Shown piece after piece: positions 55,026 to 64,000 of a stretch of 64,000 nt of DNA. The DNA comes from a virus, in IMG/VR virus record IMGVR_UViG_3300032296_002019, positions 35,489 to 99,488 of that record; one strand, 5' to 3'. A model generated the notes under the pieces. That model searched no databases, had not been told where the DNA came from, and saw only the letters and a list, made by a program, of their open reading frames with translations. Position 1 is the first letter of the stretch; every line of letters begins with the position of its first letter. Made by a program: the position numbers and the translations under genes.

Positions 55026-55718
55026 TTAATCAGAGGTTATATTATAGGATCGTTTTCTAAAATTAGGGGAGACCATACTAGCTCCTGTACCATATCTTAA
55101 TACTACGTCACTAGCATTATTATTAGTTGCACCTGTAATCTCCCAAGCCATTTTTATTATAAGAAATTCATAATTTAATCTAACAATAGGAGCTGTCCAC
55201 GTTACTGTACTAGTTTGTGCAACTGTTGTTGCTAAGTTAGATACAGTAGTTCCAACTAATCTAGCTGCAGTTAATTGTGTTGTTCCGGAAAATGCAGTTC
55301 CAGACCTAGACGCTTTAAAAACTCTTATACCCATTCTACCATCCTGCTGACCCCCTGCACCTACTGCAATAACAGGAAAGTTAAATGTCCAATCTCCTGC
55401 TGGAAAATACCCATTGTATTCATATAAGGTAGATATACTTTCAATATCACTTAATAAATCTGGTGGTGTATAAATTGCGGTAGCATTATATGAGTTATCT
55501 ACAACAGGTGCTGTAGCCGTAGGTTGAATGGTTGTTGAAAAACCTGCTACTTCGGCTCCTTGAGATAATAAGCGGTAATTACCAAGTGCTGTTTTAGCTA
55601 CAGTCCATCCTGTTACTGATGTTGCTGCTGCAACAGCGGCTGCTTCATCCCACCATAATCTATTTGGGTTTGTACCGCCAACGTTAATTTGATTTAAATT
55701 CCATGTTTTTATAGGCAT
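55026..55718 (-). CDS. putative structural beta-rich protein
   Basis: T/A/G-rich; within fibre locus. Confidence 0.55.
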   Translation of the reverse strand: MPIKTWNLNQINVGGTNPNRLWWDEAAAVAAATSVTGWTVAKTALGNYRLLSQGAEVAGFSTTIQPTATAPVVDNSYNATAIYTPPDLLSDIESISTLYEYNGYFPAGDWTFNFPVIAVGAGGQQDGRMGIRVFKASRSGTAFSGTTQLTAARLVGTTVSNLATTVAQTSTVTWTAPIVRLNYEFLIIKMAWEITGATNNNASDVVLRYGTGASMVSPNFRKRSYNITSD

Positions 55719-55725
55719 ACATAAC

Positions 55726-56070
55726 TTAATTTATTTTAGTAAATTTATAGGTACAATTAGGCCAATCTGTTATATGATTAGGTTTTGAAGGTTGAAATTT
55801 ACATCCATTTAAATAATAATGTGTATCCCTCCCTGTGCAAAATCCTTTATTATCTTCTGTTAGTCTAAAGTAAGCACATTTACCATGTATTACAGGATCT
55901 AATCCCTGTCCTTGAACCCAATTTCCATCTTGGTTTTTAAATAGGTGATCTACAGGATCATCATCACAACAATCCCCACATTGGGAACACCCGCCTGTTC
56001 TTTCCCAAACATCCCCATTTGAAGGATCTATCCAATATATTGTTTCGTCTTCTATGTAGTCTAAAGGCAT
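55726..56070 (-). CDS. YkgJ-like CxxCxxCC cysteine-cluster (Fe-S/Zn) protein
   Basis: GGCSQCGDCC...KCAYF...FCTG...GCKFQP...WPNC. Confidence 0.75.
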   Translation of the reverse strand: MPLDYIEDETIYWIDPSNGDVWERTGGCSQCGDCCDDDPVDHLFKNQDGNWVQGQGLDPVIHGKCAYFRLTEDNKGFCTGRDTHYYLNGCKFQPSKPNHITDWPNCTYKFTKIN

Positions 56071-56079
56071 AAACTAAAT

Positions 56080-56883
56080 TTAATATATTAATCCGATAAA
56101 TAATTCATTGACAGTTCCAGCTAAAGCTGTTGTTTCTAGCCATACAAAGTTATTAGCAGGTACGGTAGTATTTGCTGTCAAAGCTAAGTTAACACTACTT
56201 GTGGTACTAGTAACAGTCTGTGCACTTACTATAGCAGTTCCAGCAGCGTTTCTATCAGCATCATATCTCAAAGTCACAGTAACGGAAGGGTTAGCAGATC
56301 CTCTTATAACTCCTCTTACAGATCTAATAACAGTACTTCCAGAAGTGAATAATAGTGTGACGTCTTCCGCAGAAGTAGGGTCAGCTATAGATATACCTGT
56401 AGCTGTTACTAAAAAAGTACCCGCTGCTATTCCAGTAAGGCCGCTACCATCCCCTCTAAAAGATCCTGTAAAAGCAGACCCTGTGAAAAAAGATCCTGTT
56501 ATAGAAGTAGCCCTAGAAAAATCAACAAACGATTGGGTTACTAATAAACTACCAGTTATTACAGCTGATCCTGAAAAAGGAAATCCAGCCCCAGAACCCC
56601 CTGCCGATCCTGATAAGGAACCAGTTATTCCGCTAGTTACTACCAAAGACCCTGATATTACGACTCTTGTGCTAGGTTCTATATAAAACACATCCACACT
56701 ACCAGAAGTAAGTGTAAATATATTATTTCCTGCCTTTAAATCAGATAACTCCAATAAAGGTCCTGATGAGCCGGAAACAACTAAAATTGCGGATCCGCTA
56801 CCTCTTACGGTAAGTACTTTCTCTGCACTAGCGGATACTTCTAGCAGTCCTAAACTTCCGGTATCTGTGTAAAATATTGACAT
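56080..56883 (-). CDS. S/T-G-S-rich fibre protein
   Basis: More than a dozen (S/T)GS triplets; beta-sandwich-like C-terminus; TATTTATA at 56888-56895. Confidence 0.65.
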   Translation of the reverse strand: MSIFYTDTGSLGLLEVSASAEKVLTVRGSGSAILVVSGSSGPLLELSDLKAGNNIFTLTSGSVDVFYIEPSTRVVISGSLVVTSGITGSLSGSAGGSGAGFPFSGSAVITGSLLVTQSFVDFSRATSITGSFFTGSAFTGSFRGDGSGLTGIAAGTFLVTATGISIADPTSAEDVTLLFTSGSTVIRSVRGVIRGSANPSVTVTLRYDADRNAAGTAIVSAQTVTSTTSSVNLALTANTTVPANNFVWLETTALAGTVNELFIGLIY

Positions 56884-56921
56884 TTATTATAAATATTTTA
56901 TCTGTATGTTATTCTACAAAG

Positions 56922-57113
56922 TTAATTATTAAATGTGGGGGGATATGTCTTTATCCACCACTCTTCTGGAGTAATGTATGTAGTGTCTTCATTAATGTAA
57001 TTATATATCTGATATTCTTCAACAGGCCTATAGTTATAGTAATATAAAAAGAAAAAAAATGATAAAAGAATAATACCTAGTATTTTAAAATTTACAGTTA
57101 TTGTGTTTTTCAT
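56922..57113 (-). CDS. small membrane protein
   Basis: Probable start MKNTITV at 57113; one TM. Confidence 0.45.
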   Translation of the reverse strand: MKNTITVNFKILGIILLSFFFFLYYYNYRPVEEYQIYNYINEDTTYITPEEWWIKTYPPTFNN

Positions 57114-57126
57114 ATTCAATTTTTTA

Positions 57127-58734
57127 TTACACATATCTATTAAGCTCATTATTATAAAGACGAATTATTTGTTGTTCAGTTAAAGCGTCAGAATATACTT
57201 TAAAATTCCCTATGGACATGTCAAAAAACCCAATTGTTGATAAACTAGCTACAGCTATACCTTCTGTAGAACTCCTTAAACTAGTTCCAGTATTATTACC
57301 AGATGTCTCTAATACACTATTAACATACAGGGCTTGAGAAACCCCACCTGTCCATACCCCTACTAAAAAATACCATTCATTTGTAATTATTGCTGAACTT
57401 CCTGAAATTATAGAAGATACTGTACTAGGAGCTGTAGTAACTACTCCGAATACTGGCTTGGTGTTTGAATCCGTACCTAAATATAAACTCCATCCGTCCC
57501 CAGAAAAGTCTCTTCCTCTAGATAAAAACGATCTACCACCAGTTGTTGGAATTTTTACCCAAGCTGTTAATGTAAAATTGGATGTTGCAGACCCAGAATA
57601 TGGAAATATAGCATATTGATTTGTTCCATTAAAACTAAAATTAGCTGGAGGTGTACTAGTATAAGTGGGAGAATTGAATAGTGATCCTGTAAAATTATTA
57701 AATGATAAATCATACCAAGAAGTACCTGATCCTGGGTAACTTAGAGAATTTTGCGGGTCTACTGATAGTTGGGGGACAACTGGATATATTAATCTAATTA
57801 GACCTTGAGCTCCACTGCCTCCTGAACGGTTTGCGCCTGAAACTTTTACAGCTCCGCCACCTCCCCCTCCATAATTTTCTCCTGGATTTCCATTTGCAGA
57901 AGAATTAGCAGCTCCTATTCCACCAATTCCCCCATACTCCTTAAAATCAGATAACTCAACTGTTTTTCCTCCTGATCCTGCTCCTGCTCCTCCATCTCCT
58001 CCGAATGGAACGAAATCTGGAAAAGTGGCTGACCCAGCAGTCCCATCTGCTCCGAAATAAATCACATCCCCTATGGAACCGCTTCTATTTCCTATTCCCC
58101 CTGGTGCGGGTTGATCAACTGTTCCTCCTACATCGCCTCCCGTTCCTCCTACGGCAATAACTACGTTTGTTTCCCAAGTAGTACTGCTACCAGTAGCGCC
58201 AATACCCGTTCCTCCTGCTGTAGAACTTCCTACTGAATAGGATTTACTACTTTGAGATAAATCATATGTTACTAATTTTCTCGAATACTGTCCTCCACCT
58301 CCTCCTCCACCTGTAGTACCGTTTATAGTAGATCCTCCACCAGCACCACCGCCGCCCCAACATTCAACTATAACTTGAGTTACTCCAACTGGTTTTGTCC
58401 AAGTTCCAGATCCTACAGTTGTTATTAACTGTTCTGTAAACACAAAATCATCAACGCTAGAAGTTATAAGCAAGTTTGTTACAGTTACTGTACTAAATGC
58501 GCCTGCTTGTGTATTATCTGGTATAGATCCGGATACTGCCAATATATATTGAGGTACATCTTGAGCTAAATTTACTGTTTCTAATGTTCCATCCACTTTT
58601 TGATACTCTAACGCATCCAAAGTGTTAACAGTTACTGCTCTATAGACTTGTCCAACTATTGGAGCAGACAAACTTAGGTTTCCTACTTTAAAAATAGAAT
58701 TTGTTAATCTAAAAGATGTGTTTATTAGTCGCAT
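57127..58734 (-). CDS. tail-fibre-type protein: glycine-rich domain plus LamG/concanavalin-like domain
   Basis: GSGTWTKPVGVTQVIVECWGGGGAGG...GAQGLIRL; SYPGSGTSWYDLS..FNGTNQY..FTLTAWVK..WYFLVGVW..VYSDALT; probable start 58734. Confidence 0.8.
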   Translation of the reverse strand: MRLINTSFRLTNSIFKVGNLSLSAPIVGQVYRAVTVNTLDALEYQKVDGTLETVNLAQDVPQYILAVSGSIPDNTQAGAFSTVTVTNLLITSSVDDFVFTEQLITTVGSGTWTKPVGVTQVIVECWGGGGAGGGSTINGTTGGGGGGGQYSRKLVTYDLSQSSKSYSVGSSTAGGTGIGATGSSTTWETNVVIAVGGTGGDVGGTVDQPAPGGIGNRSGSIGDVIYFGADGTAGSATFPDFVPFGGDGGAGAGSGGKTVELSDFKEYGGIGGIGAANSSANGNPGENYGGGGGGAVKVSGANRSGGSGAQGLIRLIYPVVPQLSVDPQNSLSYPGSGTSWYDLSFNNFTGSLFNSPTYTSTPPANFSFNGTNQYAIFPYSGSATSNFTLTAWVKIPTTGGRSFLSRGRDFSGDGWSLYLGTDSNTKPVFGVVTTAPSTVSSIISGSSAIITNEWYFLVGVWTGGVSQALYVNSVLETSGNNTGTSLRSSTEGIAVASLSTIGFFDMSIGNFKVYSDALTEQQIIRLYNNELNRYV

Positions 58735-58745
58735 ATCCGTAACTA

Positions 58746-61700
58746 TTAACTTTCTCCATAAGCTGTGGCTACCCAATATGTTGTTCCTGTTAAACTTACA
58801 TTACTATTTGAGTCTATTACAAAACTACCTGTTAATTTACTTTCTATAGTCCAAGTTCTTGAGTCCTCACCTGTTACTACTATTGCGTAGTTTGTATTTC
58901 CAAAAGCTGTAGTGAATGTTACAGTAGCTTTCCTAGGATTGCCAGTGAAAGATGTATTAGCTATAGATCCTGCTTTAGTGGTAAGACCTCCACCTCCTAT
59001 AGTTATAGATCCAGTACTATTAGATACTGTAGCACTAACACCTGCACCTATAAAGTTTAAGAACGTAGCAGTACCTTGAGCCGTACCTTCATCAGCAATT
59101 GTAAGAGATATAGAAGATCCGCTACTTCCTGAGCTACCTGATGAGCCTGCAGTGCCTGAAGACCCAGTTGAGCCGCTACTTCCTGAACTGCCTGTGCTAC
59201 CAGATGATCCACTAGAACCTCTACTACCAGAAGATCCAGAAGAGCCAGATGTTCCGGAAGAGCCACTAGACCCAGAAGTACCTGAAGAACCGCTTGTACC
59301 TGTGCTACCAGATGAACCAGTAGAACCACTAGAACCTGAAGTTCCAGTAGATCCAGAACTACCGGAAGTACCTGAGGAACCATCTCTACCTGATGATCCG
59401 CTAGATCCACTAGTACCAGAACTACCGGAAGTACCTGTAGAGCCAGAGGAACCAGTAGAACCACTAGAACCTGAAGTTCCGGTACTACCAGATGAACCAG
59501 ATGTTCCTGAGGAACCACTAGAACCAGTAGACCCACTAGACCCAGATGAGCCAGAGGTTCCTGAAGAACCATCTCTACCTGAGGAACCAGAAGATCCACT
59601 AGAACCTGAAGTTCCAGAAGAACCAGAACTTCCTGAGGTTCCTGTAGATCCGGAACTACCACTAGTTCCAGTAGAACCTGAGGAGCCTGCGCTTCCTGAG
59701 GATCCACTTGTACCCGAAGTAGCTGCTGTATATGAGGTTCCATTTATTATTAAAGAACCGCTAATGCTAACACTTCCAGTAAACTGGTGGGTATTTTGTA
59801 TAGTAGTACCGAATTGAGTAGATCCAGTAATATAACTTACAGAGGAAGTAACGGTTTGTACTACTAATGTAGTAGCGTTTATAGTATTGGTTACAGTTAA
59901 AGATCCTGTTATAATTGTACTTCCAGATACACTGAACGCTGTTCCATTGTATACTAAAGCTGCAGAAGCTGTAGCCGCATTTGTACTATTATCAGCAAGT
60001 AATACTCGGCCTATAGCTGGACTATTGATAGTATTAAATCCTGTTCCAGAAGAACCGCTGCTACCAGAAGAGCCTGATGATCCAGTAGAACCACTGCTTC
60101 CTGTGCTTCCTGATGAACCGGATGAGCCTGTGCTTCCTGATGAACCTGAGCTTCCTCTGGTACCAGAAGAGCCGCTAGAACCGCTAGTTCCTGTTGATCC
60201 AGAAGACCCAGACGTTCCAGTAGAACCAGAAGATCCAGAAGTTCCTGATGAACCATCTCTACCTGAGGAACCAGATGAACCAGAAGATCCACTAGTTCCT
60301 GTACTACCACTAGACCCAGAACTACCTGTTGAACCAGAGGATCCTGTAGACCCAGAACTGCCAGAGGAACCTGATGTACCTGAGGATCCTGAAGTACCAG
60401 ATGATCCTACAGATACCAAGTTAGTACCAACTCCTGCTGCGCCTGTAGTAATGTCTATATAATATCCACGAGCGTCACCACCCTGTTCAAAAAATCTAAG
60501 TCTATTTTGCCAAATATCTATTGTTACACCGCTACCAGTTATTGATGTGTTAGTTTGAGCTTTTCCTAATAAAAGTTCTCCACCTTCATCTCCACCAACA
60601 GTACCTAAAATTAATTTTGGACTAGCACTACCAGTAATAGTAAGTATAGATCCATCAAATATTAAATTAGCTTCTGCATTTGCTGCATTTGCAGTACCGT
60701 CTGATGTTAATAATCTATTATCAGCTGCATTAGCTATTGTAGTAAATCCTGTACCACTAGTCCCTGAACTTCCTGAAGAACCTGAGGTTCCAGAAGATCC
60801 TGATGAACCAGATGTTCCGGAAGATCCGCTAGTACCTGTTGATCCGGAGGATCCGGTAGATCCTGATGAACCAGATGAACCAGTAGAGCCAGAAGAACCT
60901 GAAGATCCTCTAGTTCCTGAAGAACCTGAAGAACCGCTAGTACCTGTGCTTCCGCTAGTTCCAGTACTTCCTGAACTACCGGAAGAACCGGATGATCCAC
61001 TTGTTCCAGCACTACCACTAGTTCCTGTAGAGCCAGATGAACCAGTAGAGCCGCTAGATCCAGAAGTACCTGTGCTACCACTAGTTCCAGTGCTTCCTGA
61101 ACTACCGGAAGAACCAGATGAACCTCTAGTACCAGACGAACCGGAAGAGCCACTAGTTCCAGAAGATCCAGATGTTCCGGAAGTTCCTGAACTAGCTGCT
61201 GTATAAGAAGTACCGTTTATGGTTAAAGTACCTTGTACTACAAAATTTGTTGAATAAGAAGAGGTTGCTGCGTATGAAGCTGATAACGGACTTCCATTAA
61301 CCCATAAACCAGCATTGTAAACAAGTGCTTGTCCAGTACTTGGAGTTGTAATTGTTACATCCCCTAGATCATCTAAGTTTTGTGCAGCAGCTCCACCTCC
61401 ACCTCCAGAGGATCCAGCAGTATTTCTAAATAGACCTGCTTGTATAATCCTATTATCTGTAGTATTATTTAAATCGGTTGTATTTCCTTTAGCAATTATA
61501 TAGCCAATAAACGGTAAAGCTATTATACTAGTTTCTGATTCTACGAAAGAATCTGTTGATATAGCTTGTAATGCTAAAGCAAGGCTAGCATATGTGTTTT
61601 GACCATAGTAAACATAGCTTATCCCGTTTACTACTCCTTGGAAAACCCTTTGAATAGTCCATTCATCAGTTCCAACACTAGCTAAGGTACCAGATCCATT

Positions 61701-63998
61701 ATCATATTTAGTAGGATCTATAGTAGTGTAAGGAACTCCAGCATTTGTTGCAGCCCTAAATCCTCCAATTGCTGATGGGTCTCTGTATACCCTTACCAAA
61801 CTACCAGTAGCTATAGCTGCTGAATCATATATTGAAGGTTCATCCGGACTTTGTGAGTAGAAACCTCCATATCTATAGGATTTACCGCTTGCTATACTAA
61901 TTCTTAAACTTCCTGATTGAGGGCTTATATCAAATCCGTTTAATTTTAACGGACCAAACGCCCTAACAAATTGACTATGTTGCTCAGATATACCATAAGT
62001 AGTTACACGAGAATCTGCAAATGAGCTAATACTTGAAGTGCTTAAAGAAAATATATATCCTAATGGAAATTTCTCATTGTATTGCTGAGGGGTGAATGGA
62101 GTAGTTTGCTGAATTAAACTGCCATCACTATCTATCAACAAATAAGTTACTTGTGAGGATGTTATGTATGTGGCACTAGCTGTTATTGGTCCAAAAGAAA
62201 CATAAGTAGGTACTGTATCTCCGTGTGATCCAGTAGAAGAGTTATGGTTTATAATTAAACCTGCTCCTTTAGTTACATATATAGTAGACCCACTAAATGT
62301 AGTAACGCCTCCCCACACTATACCAGTATCAGTTCTTTCCTCTAACCAGTGAGTTTCCCACAATTTACCATGATTTCTATACTGTAAATTAGGTACAGTA
62401 TCATCTGTGGAAGAGGTTGTAAAGAAGTAGGAAGATGTTGTATTTGAAGTTCCTGGATCCTTTCCTAAAGCTAATTCTAACCAATTATTGATAGACAAAC
62501 TTCCAGTTATTCCATATGAACCAGTTAATTGTTTGGAATTAATCCAAACACTTCCACTCTTAACCAGTAAATCTCCATAAGAAGATGTAGTGGTAAAATC
62601 TAATATGTCGTGTAATTCTGTTAATTCGTATCCATTATCAACCTTAATATATATTTTACCTTGAGTAGGATCTGCATTTAAAACATATCCCAATCTTACT
62701 GCATGTAATGGAGCATCTGGTTCTGTTTGTGTGTATTGTCCTGCTGAACTACTTACGAATATTAAATTACCTGGAATATACCCCGATGTGTTTAATCCTT
62801 TAAGAACACCTTCGGTTATTACCCAACCTTCGCTTCCTGCTGTTATTGTTTCCGCAACTAGTCCCAGAGTGCCTGCTGATCCTCTTTCTCTGTCAGCAGA
62901 AGCTAATCTAACAGCAGCTCTTCCGCCTTGAGAACCTGAAACATATACTACTTGTCCTTTTGATAAAGATGAGGTTTCTGAATTATAAACATACAAGTAT
63001 AGGTCCTCTCCTATGTTTAAGTCTACATTTCCTCCTCCTAATCCCATCTGTAGGGTTCCTTCCCCACTGTCCCATACCATTCTAGCCTCTTGTATATTGG
63101 AGGTAGAATTTGTATTAAAATCAATGTGAGATATGTTCTCTAAAGATCCAGATGTAGATATTATAGAACCTGAAATATAAACAGAACCTGTTATATATAA
63201 AGCACTTCCTGAATAAACCAAATTAGCGGATGCTGTTGCTGCATTAGTAGATCCATCTGATAATAAAACTCTTCCTATTGCTGGGCTATTGATAGTATTG
63301 AACCCTGTTCCACTAGATCCTGATGATCCACTAGACCCCGTAGAACCGCTACTTCCTGAAGAACCAGAACTTCCTGATGTGCCGCTAGAACCACTTGTAC
63401 CAGTAGAACCAGAACTTCCTGCAGTTCCTGAAGAACCTGAAGTACCCGTAGATCCGCTAGTACCAGTAGAGCCACTGCTTCCTGCAGTTCCTGAAGAACC
63501 AGCACTTCCGCTTGATCCTGAAGTTCCTGTAGAACCGCTACTTCCTGTACTACCGCTAGAACCACTAGTACCAGTAGAGCCGCTAGTACCTGTACTACCG
63601 CTAGAACCTGAGGTACCTGTGCTTCCGCTAGACCCAGTAGAACCGGAACTACCACTAGATCCGGATGTACCAGTACTGCCTGAAGATCCAGATGTTCCTG
63701 TGCTACCACTAGAACCAGATGTCCCAGTAGACCCAGAAGAACCACTAGTACCTGTACTACCAGAAGATCCAGAAGTACCTGTAGATCCGCTAGATCCAGA
63801 AGTACCTGTGCTTCCAGATGATCCACTTGTACCAGAACTGCCTGAGGAACCAGAACTACCTGAAGTTCCTGTAGAGCCAGATGTCCCAGTAGACCCAGAA
63901 CTACCTGAAGTTCCGGAAGATCCGCTACTACCAGCAGTACCAGAACTACCTGTTGATCCTGATGATCCACTAGAACCTGAAGTGCCGCTAGTACCTGA
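58746..63998 (-). CDS. giant collagen-like (Gly-Ser/Thr) fibre protein, 5' partial (at least 1750 aa)
   Basis: Frame of 58746..63221 continues upstream through GTGFNTINSPAIGRV and the Gly-X-Y block to the window end; four collagen-like blocks between globular modules. Confidence 0.85.
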   Translation of the reverse strand, partial: SGTSGTSGSSGSSGSTGSSGTAGSSGSSGTSGSSGSTGTSGSTGTSGSSGSSGSSGTSGSSGSTGTSGSSGSTGTSGSSGSTGTSGSSGSTGTSGSSGSTGTSGSSGSTGTSGSSGSSGSTGSSGSTGTSGSSGSTGTSGSTGTSGSSGSTGSSGSTGTSGSSGSAGSSGTAGSSGSTGTSGSTGTSGSSGTAGSSGSTGTSGSSGTSGSSGSSGSSGSTGSSGSSGSSGTGFNTINSPAIGRVLLSDGSTNAATASANLVYSGSALYITGSVYISGSIISTSGSLENISHIDFNTNSTSNIQEARMVWDSGEGTLQMGLGGGNVDLNIGEDLYLYVYNSETSSLSKGQVVYVSGSQGGRAAVRLASADRERGSAGTLGLVAETITAGSEGWVITEGVLKGLNTSGYIPGNLIFVSSSAGQYTQTEPDAPLHAVRLGYVLNADPTQGKIYIKVDNGYELTELHDILDFTTTSSYGDLLVKSGSVWINSKQLTGSYGITGSLSINNWLELALGKDPGTSNTTSSYFFTTSSTDDTVPNLQYRNHGKLWETHWLEERTDTGIVWGGVTTFSGSTIYVTKGAGLIINHNSSTGSHGDTVPTYVSFGPITASATYITSSQVTYLLIDSDGSLIQQTTPFTPQQYNEKFPLGYIFSLSTSSISSFADSRVTTYGISEQHSQFVRAFGPLKLNGFDISPQSGSLRISIASGKSYRYGGFYSQSPDEPSIYDSAAIATGSLVRVYRDPSAIGGFRAATNAGVPYTTIDPTKYDNGSGTLASVGTDEWTIQRVFQGVVNGISYVYYGQNTYASLALALQAISTDSFVESETSIIALPFIGYIIAKGNTTDLNNTTDNRIIQAGLFRNTAGSSGGGGGAAAQNLDDLGDVTITTPSTGQALVYNAGLWVNGSPLSASYAATSSYSTNFVVQGTLTINGTSYTAASSGTSGTSGSSGTSGSSGSSGTRGSSGSSGSSGSTGTSGSTGTSGSSGSTGSSGSTGTSGSAGTSGSSGSSGSSGSTGTSGSTGTSGSSGSSGTRGSSGSSGSTGSSGSSGSTGSSGSTGTSGSSGTSGSSGSSGTSGSSGSSGTSGTGFTTIANAADNRLLTSDGTANAANAEANLIFDGSILTITGSASPKLILGTVGGDEGGELLLGKAQTNTSITGSGVTIDIWQNRLRFFEQGGDARGYYIDITTGAAGVGTNLVSVGSSGTSGSSGTSGSSGSSGSTGSSGSTGSSGSSGSTGTSGSSGSSGSSGRDGSSGTSGSSGSTGTSGSSGSTGTSGSSGSSGTRGSSGSSGSTGSSGSSGSTGSSGSTGSSGSSGSSGSSGTGFNTINSPAIGRVLLADNSTNAATASAALVYNGTAFSVSGSTIITGSLTVTNTINATTLVVQTVTSSVSYITGSTQFGTTIQNTHQFTGSVSISGSLIINGTSYTAATSGTSGSSGSAGSSGSTGTSGSSGSTGTSGSSGSSGTSGSSGSSGSSGRDGSSGTSGSSGSSGSTGSSGSSGTSGSSGSTGTSGSSGSTGSSGSTGTSGSSGTSGSSGSSGRDGSSGTSGSSGSTGTSGSSGSTGSSGSTGTSGSSGTSGSSGSSGTSGSSGSSGSRGSSGSSGSTGSSGSSGSTGSSGTAGSSGSSGSSGSSISLTIADEGTAQGTATFLNFIGAGVSATVSNSTGSITIGGGGLTTKAGSIANTSFTGNPRKATVTFTTAFGNTNYAIVVTGEDSRTWTIESKLTGSFVIDSNSNVSLTGTTYWVATAYGES
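59113..59717 (-). repeat. collagen-like (G-S/T-S/T)n block, ~200 aa
   Basis: Gly every third residue; degenerate 9-nt DNA periodicity. Confidence 0.9.
60040..60407 (-). repeat. collagen-like (G-S/T-S/T)n block, ~120 aa
   Basis: Gly every third residue; includes in-register GRD and GTR triplets. Confidence 0.9.
60748..61193 (-). repeat. collagen-like (G-S/T-S/T)n block, ~150 aa
   Basis: Gly every third residue. Confidence 0.9.
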
Positions 63999-64000
63999 AG
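63304..64000 (-). repeat. collagen-like (G-S/T-S/T/A)n block, at least 230 aa, runs off window
   Basis: tca ggt act agc ggc act tca ggt tct agt gga... in frame with the fibre gene. Confidence 0.9.

Noticed and set aside
74-62931. All plus-strand ORFs in the track (e.g. 56108..56686, 20947..21252, 3299..3511, 3625..3877)
   Set aside because: Each lies antisense to a well-supported minus-strand gene or RNA and has no recognisable motifs
59057-63970. Long alternative ORFs over the repeats (PEEPLVP on +; VLLDLQV on -)
   Set aside because: Frame and antisense shadows of Gly-Ser/Thr codons, which rarely create stops; no independent signals
59113-64000. Periodic DNA resembling a CRISPR array or DGR repeats
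   Set aside because: 9-nt degenerate coding periodicity without constant repeats plus unique spacers; no reverse transcriptase or adenine-specific TR/VR pair seen
1-64000. Stop-codon reassignment as in some large Bacteroidota phages
   Set aside because: Code 11 yields dense full-length genes, and TAA, TAG and TGA all terminate genes at sensible positions

Overview
A 64-kb, AT-rich segment of a large contractile-tailed (myovirus-type) bacteriophage. Every credible gene is on the minus strand, and standard code 11 gives uninterrupted ORFs. The host is probably a Bacteroidota species: three perfect TTTG-N19-TAnnTTTG promoters, A/T-rich start contexts without obvious Shine-Dalgarno sequences, and D-S/T-V/I motifs in exported proteins. 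In transcription order (right to left) the window holds: (1) a fibre/appendage locus with a giant, partial, proline-free Gly-Ser/Thr collagen-like protein plus LamG, C1q, beta-propeller/cupredoxin, Fe-S and methyltransferase genes; (2) a tail module with sheath, tube, chaperone (probable G/GT-type frameshift), tape measure and baseplate; (3) a replication module with a thumb-less PolA paralog, SSB, RecA, 5'-3' exonuclease, DnaB-like helicase, class II RNR, dUTPase, full PolA, GIY-YIG homing endonuclease, GroES/GroEL and a PD-(D/E)XK nuclease; (4) an ~11-kb island of 8-9 glycosyltransferases, 2 methyltransferases and a secreted nuclease; (5) an operon with a tandem-WYL protein, two UVR-like paralogs and a degenerate HNH; (6) an unrecognised ~290-nt structured RNA and an oversized 510-nt tmRNA; (7) envelope/lysis-like genes. 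The best candidates for new biology are a phage-encoded virion glyco-decoration system (GT island, Ser/Thr collagen fibres and a pervasive S/T-G-S motif in structural proteins) and the unknown structured RNA/tmRNA locus. All family assignments are from motifs read by eye; no database searches were run.
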